DNA from: Octopus vulgaris
Taxonomy: Eukaryota
Direction: 5' to 3'
DNA length: 64,000 bases
Assembly (NCBI GenBank): GCA_951406725.2
Contig: OX597840.1
Span: 8,432,001 to 8,496,000 of the forward strand
Shown here: positions 57,971-64,000 of the stretch, one piece after another
Position numbering within the stretch: the stretch's first letter is position 1
How the letters are laid out: every line of letters starts with the position of its first letter
Notes under the pieces: model-generated
What the model saw: only the letters and a program-made list of their open reading frames with translations
The model's database searches: none
Told to the model about the DNA's origin: nothing
Made by a program: the position numbers and the translations under genes

Positions 57971-58001
<31 letters not shown>

Positions 58002-58006
58002 GAATG

Positions 58007-58037
<31 letters not shown>

Positions 58038-58196
58038 GAATGTATGTATGTATGTATGTATGTATGTATGTATGTATGTATGTATGTATGTATGTATGTT
58101 TGCATGTATGTATGTAAGAATGTATGTAAGAATGTATGTATGTATGTATGTATGTATGTAAGAATGCATGTATGTATGTATGTATGTATGTATGTA

Positions 58197-61100
58197 TCAT
58201 CATCATCATCATCATCGTTTAACGTCCGTTCTCCATGCTAGCATTGATTGGACGGTTCAACTGGGGTCTGTGAAGCCAGAAGGCTGCATCAGGCCCAGTC
58301 TGATCTGGCAATGTTTCTATGGCTGGATGCCCTTCCTAACGCCAACCACTCTGTGAGTGTAGTGGGTGCTTTTTACGTCCCACCTGCACAGGTGCTAGAC
58401 GGAACCGGCAAACGGCCATGGACGGATGGTGCTTTTTACATGCCACCGGCACGGGGGCAATCGAGGCTGGCAACGGCCACGAACGGATGGTGCTATGGGC
58501 CACCGGCACGGTGGCCAGGCAAGGCTGGCAACGGCCATGAACTGATGGTGCTTTTTACGTGACAGTGGCACGGAGGCCAGTCAGGGCTGCGCTGGCAACG
58601 GCCACGATTGGATGGTTCACTTCCTTGGCACCGGCACTGGTATCACAGCTGCAATTTCCATTGATGTTGATCGACATCGATTTTGGTTCTGCTTTCTGAT
58701 ATCAGATTTGATTTGGTTTAATTTTGATTTTGATTTTCACTTGCCTCAACGGGTCTTCACAAGTAGAGTTTTGTGTCCCAAGAAGGAAAGGTATGTATAA
58801 GTCGACTGGCTACATACCAGGTAGAGGCCACGGGTTATGGTCTCACTAGTCTTGCCGGGTCTTCTCACGCACAGCATACTTCCATAGGTCTCGGTCTCTG
58901 GTCATTTCCTTGGTGAGACCTAAAGTTCGAAGGTCGTGCTTCACCACCTCGTCCCAGGTTTTCCTGGGTCTACCTCTTCCACAGGTTCCCTCAACTGCTA
59001 GTGTGTGGCACTTTTGCACACAACTATCTTCAGCTATTCTCGTCACATGACCATACCAGCGCAAACGTCTTTCTTGCACACCACAACTAATGCTTCTTAG
59101 GTCCAACTTTTCTCTCAAGGTACTTACACTCTGTCGATTATGAACACTGACATTACACATCCATCGGAGCATACTGGCTTCATTTCTTGCGAGCTTACGC
59201 ATATCCTCAGCAGTCACAGCCCGTGTTTCACTACCATGTAGCATGGCTGTTCATACACATGCATCATACAGTCTGCCTTTTACTCTGAGCGAGAGGCCTT
59301 TTGTCACCAGCAGGGGTAAGAGCTCTCTAAACTTCGCCCAGGCTATTCTTACTCTAGCAGGTACACTTTCAGCACACCCACCCCCACTACTGACTTGGTC
59401 ACCTAGGTAGCGGAAGCTATCAACTACTTCTAGTTTTTCTCCCTGGAACGTGGTAGAAGTTGGTCTCTGCACATTTTCAGTGTTTATTGCTCCTGAGCGT
59501 CTGCCACAGACAAAAACTATTTTCCTAGTTAGCCTTCCTTTGACATTGCTACACCTCTTATGTGTCCATGGCTTACACTTGGTGCACCTTATAGAGTTTC
59601 TACCTACACCTTTTTTACAGATCGAGCAGGGCCATCTACCTGAAGGCGTTTGTGATTGGTCTACCTTCCTACTTATTAGGACTTTGGTTTTGGCTAGGTT
59701 GATTCTAAGGCCCTTTGATTCTAAACCTTGCTTCCGCACCTGAAACTTCTCCTCCAGTTCTGATAGTGACTCAGCAATTAGAGCAAGGTCATCAGCATAG
59801 AGGAGCTCCCAGGGGCATCCTGTCTTGATTTCCTCCGTTATTGCCTGGAGGACTATAATAAATAAGAGGGGACTGAGAACTGAACCTTGGTGGACCCCAA
59901 CCTCTACCCAGAATTCTTCACTGTACTCGTTGCAAACCCTCACCTTACTAGCAGCGTCTCTGTACATGGCTCGCACAGCTCTCACTAACCATTCATCTAT
60001 CCTTAGTTTCCTCATTGACCACCAGATAAGGGATCGGGGACCCTGTCGAAGGCTTTCTCCATGTCAACAAAAGCCAGGTACAGGGTCTTATCTTTGGCTA
60101 GGTATTTCTCCTGCAGCTGTCTTACCAGGAATATAGCATCAGTAGTACTTTTCCCTGTCACGAACCCAAACTACATCTCATCTAAGCTAACTCTCTCTCT
60201 AATTAGTTCGGCTATAACCCTCTCCGTAACCTTCATTACCTGATCCAGCAGCTTGATGCCCCTGTAGTTATTTGTATCTAGGGCGTCACCTTTACCTTTG
60301 TAGCAGTTGACTATTATGCTGCTACACCAGTCATTGGGTATGACTCCTTCGTGTATCACCTGGTTAACTATACAGGTGACTAGGCTATAGCCAACACTAC
60401 CAGATATTTTGAGCATCTCTGCAGTAATTCCTGATGGGCCTGGGGCTTTCCCTGTTTTCTTGCTTGTAATTGCCTTAACTACTAAGGAAATGTCAACTCG
60501 GATTGCTGGTCCCTCTGTTGGGTCAACATTCGGCAGACTCTCTTTATCCCATTCATTTTCCTCATTCAGTAACCTTTCATAGTGGCGTCTCCAAACCTCT
60601 CTCTTTGCATCCTCATTTAGTGCAAGTGAACTGTCAACCTTGCGAACACATTTCTCTCCTACCACGTCAAGATTCTCTCTCACACACTGTCTTGCAATAC
60701 GAAATACCTCAAGTCTTTCATCCTCACGGTGCAGGACATTGGCAAATTATTTCTTATCTGCTTCCCCTCTGGCTAAATACACCTGCCTCCTAGCTTCCCT
60801 TCTGGCAGTCTGATACACTTCCCTGCTACCACCGTTCTTCCAGTCCTTCCAAGCCTGTTTCTTTTGTCTAATAGCCCTGTCAACTATATTGTTCCACCAC
60901 CATGTTAGTTTGGGTCTTGAGGGGACTTTGCACCAGCCACAGATCTGGTCAGTGGCTTTCAGCAGGTTGTCCCTTAGAAGCGTCCAGTTGTCTTCTACCC
61001 CATGTGTAGCTATACCCCCTTCTATTTCGTCAAAGGCTTCAAGTAACATGTCCCTAAATCTCTGTCCATTTGCAAGGTCTTTAAGCTTCCAGACCCTTCT

Positions 61101-62598
61101 TCTCCATGTTGGTCGTCTTCTAGTCGTCCTCTTAGTCCTGATCCTAAAGTCACTAACTACCAGTCTATGTTGTGGGGTACATTCTTCGCCTGGGAAAGTT
61201 TCGGCATTTATAAGCAGCCATCTTTCCCTTTTTCTGGTAAGGATGTAGTAGATTTGGCTAGTATGCCGGCCCGATCGGTAGGTGACCAGGTGGCTTGTCG
61301 GTTTCCTGAAGTTAGTGTTGCAAACCATAAGACTATTCGCATCGCAGAACTCCAGCAGCCTGGTTCCCTCCTCGTTGCAGGAACCATAGCCGTAGCCTCC
61401 ATGTACACCATGGAAGCCCCCAGCATATCGTCCAACATGCCCATTGAAGTCACCAGCCACAAAGAGAAGGTCCCTGTCGTTCGTCAATGAGGTGGTCTGC
61501 AGAAGGGTGTCATAGAAACGGTCTTTCTGTCCATCGGGTAGCCCTGGCTGAGGGGCATAGGCCGATATAATGGTTGCTAAACTATGATGAAGCACTAATC
61601 TAATCTTAAGTATTCTGTCACATACTCTGACTACCTCGGTTACCTTATCTACCCATTTTTCGGCAATAAGTATACCCACACCCCGACCCCATCAGTATTC
61701 CAAGCCCAGAAAATCTTGTACCTCTGTCCTTTGCCTGTGAGGAACCTAGCAGAACCTCCTCTCCACCTCACTTCTTGAATGCAGCATATATCAACACACC
61801 TCCGTTCAAGCAATTCAACGATCTCGCCAGACCTGCCTTTCAGTGTGCCAACGTTGAGGGTGCCAACCCTGAGGGTGTGGGAGGTATTGGCCCTAGTAGC
61901 GTCATGAACCTGAAAAGAAAACTCACGTTTGGCAGGATTCATAGACAAACAATAAAACTCAAGTTCCAACCGCGTACACTACACTAACATATCTTGCAAT
62001 GAATGACCACTACCTTTTATGGAAGGAGGTGGGGGTGGCGTAAGACTTTGAAGTGTACAAGGGAGACAACAAGGATGAGAAAATTTAGGACTTCCTGTAC
62101 CGGTGGAGGGGGTGGGAAGGCGGGTGCACCGTGAATACTAGCAGCCATGTACGCCATTCCTTTCTTGGAAAGGAATTACTTATTAGTAGGTATAAAATAC
62201 CTAAATTTGCGAGAGAGATATTTTGCCTATCTATGGGAAATGCGTGAGCTATATTTATCTTAGTGATAAGGAGCTATAAAATTATAAATATATTTATTCT
62301 ATATTTAACGAGACGTGAGGATGATCAATAAGATTAGGGGTCGAGCTATAGGATTATATATATATTTAACACAAGACATGAGACATCGATATATTGAGAT
62401 GAACTATAGAATTATATATATATATATAACACGAGGCGTGAGGCTGAAATAGACAAAGTCATAACAGAATAGAGATAAAACAGGGGTAACGAAAGATCAC
62501 AGAAATATTTCTGGTAGGTATGGGCTGAATGAAATTAATATTGCTTAGCCTGAATTCATTTTTTGGACGAAGTTGACAGCAACAGTTTGAATCAAAAA
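58197..62598 (-). mobile_element. Near full-length RTE-clade LINE, frameshifted, inserted in (TATG)n
   Basis: APE (TLNVGTL, CIQEVRW, AGDFNGHVG, PQHRLV), RT (KAPGPSGI, NYRGIKLL, HQGSVLSP, LYADDL), C-terminal RLRWYGHV...GRPRKTW, 3' UTR, (GAT)n tail. The 5' boundary is inferred from the resumption of TATG at ~62599. Confidence 0.92.
58846..61969 (-). pseudogene. RTE APE-RT ORF with stops and frameshifts
   Basis: Consecutive ORF pieces 61649-61969, 60747-61679, 60171-60683, 59251-60015, 58846-59244. Confidence 0.9.
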
Positions 62599-62810
62599 GT
62601 ATGTATGTATGTATGTATGTAAGAATGTATGTATGTATGTATGTATGTATGTATGTATGTATGTATGTATGTATGTATGTATGTATGTATTTATGTATGT
62701 ATGTATGTATGTATGTATGCATGCCAGTCAATTTTATTTCAAGATTTCTTGCCAATAAAGAAAGAGCCACTTTCTAACCTAGATTCTAGACTCATTCATT
62801 GGAATTTGAG

Positions 62811-63022
62811 GTATCTATCTATCTATCTATCTGTCTACCTACCTACCTACCTACCTATCTATCTGTCTATCTATCTATCTACCTATCTACCTACCTATCT
62901 ATCTGTCTATCTATCTATCTACGTACGTACCTACCTACCTACCTATCTATCTATCTACCTACCTACCTACCTATCTGTCTGTCTATCTATCTATCTACCT
63001 ACCTACCTACCTACCTACCTAC

Positions 63023-63061
<39 letters not shown>

Positions 63062-63140
63062 CCTACCTACCTACCTACCTACCTACCTACCTACCTACCT
63101 ACCTACCTACCAACCTACCTACCTACCTACCTACCTACAT
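62811..63140. repeat. (TATC)n/(TACC)n microsatellite; empty paralog of the Tx1 insertion sites
   Basis: Left flank equals 24185-24279; right flank (caggttat...ctaggagtccc) equals ~30972 onward. Confidence 0.9.
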
Positions 63141-63276
63141 AAACAGGTTATTTTGGTTTCTCTAGGAGTCCCTTTTTAAAGTAGAAGAAATAGCTAAAAT
63201 TTTTTGGCTGCAATTTCTAAACTTTGGTATGTGGTAAAGCAAATCTTTGCTGAACCCTTTTAATAAGTATATATAT

Positions 63277-63865
63277 AGGCATTGGAGTGGCTGTGTGGTA
63301 AGTAGCTTGTTTACCAACCACATGGTTTCTGGTTCAGTTCCACTGCGTGGTACCTAGGGCAAGTGTCTTCTGTTATTGCCTCGGGCCGACCAAAGCCTTG
63401 TGAGTGGATTTGGTAGATGGAAACTTAAAGAAGCCCGTTGTATATATATATATATATATATATATGCATGTGTATCTGTTTTTGTCCCCCTAGCATTGCT
63501 TGACAACCGATGCTGGTGTGTTTATGTCCCCGTTAATTAGCGGTTCGGCAAAAGAGACTGATAGAATAAGTACTGGGCTTACAAAAGAATAAATCCCAGG
63601 GTCGAGTTGCTCGATTACAGGTGGTGCTCCAGCATGGCAGCAGTCAAATGACTGAAACAAGTAAAAGATTAAAAGAGAAAGAGTAATATATATATATATA
63701 GGCATAGGAGTGGCTGTGTGGTAAGTAGCTTCCTAACAAACCACATGGTTCCGGGTTCAGTCCCACTATGTGGCACCTTGGGCAAGTGTCTTCTACTATA
63801 GCCTTGGGCTGAACAAAGCCTTGTGAGTGGATTTGGTAGATGGAAACTGAAAGAAGCCTGTTGCA

Positions 63866-63899
<34 letters not shown>

Positions 63900-63952
63900 A
63901 TATGTATGTGTGTATATGTTTGTGTGTCTGTGTTTGTCCCCCCAACATCGCT
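63277..63952 (+). mobile_element. Two SINE family A copies; start of another cassette repeat
   Basis: Full copy at 63277-63684 and 3'-truncated copy at 63701-63952, followed by the same unique flank as at 8456. Confidence 0.85.
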
Positions 63953-64000
63953 TTCACGGAAGCATGCTGTTCCTTTGTTTCAGCCTTTGCAAAAATCAAC

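Noticed and set aside
62000-62598. HDV-like ribozyme expected at some RTE 5' ends
   Set aside because: I could not identify the nested double-pseudoknot pairing by eye; needs an RNArobo/Infernal search.

Overview
Eukaryotic, AT-rich, repeat-saturated animal DNA. The SINE, Helitron and microsatellite repertoire looks most like an Octopus (coleoid cephalopod) genome; this is inferred from recognising the repeats, not from a database hit. The host-gene content is a tandem family of minus-strand genes, each with one giant coding exon for a multi-beta-propeller (NHL-like) protein. One copy is intact (1935 aa, 43494-49301). One is 5'-truncated and frameshifted (34646-39091). A duplicated promoter/intron block (1-7730 = 49943-57120) implies a third copy just left of the window. 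The rest is nested mobile DNA: two distinct near-full-length Tx1/L1-clade LINEs, a near-full-length RTE LINE with a PHD-like insert, non-autonomous Helitrons, internally deleted mariner elements, tRNA-derived SINEs, CR1/Gypsy/RTE fragments and a 4.9-kb (TATG)n satellite. Both Tx1 elements sit in the (TATC)n tract of a repeated cassette, and a third cassette copy shows the empty site. Manual reading also found several type I hammerhead ribozyme motifs of the Penelope/retrozyme kind, including sense-strand copies downstream of both propeller genes. Most short ORFs in the supplied track are microsatellite or SINE artefacts.
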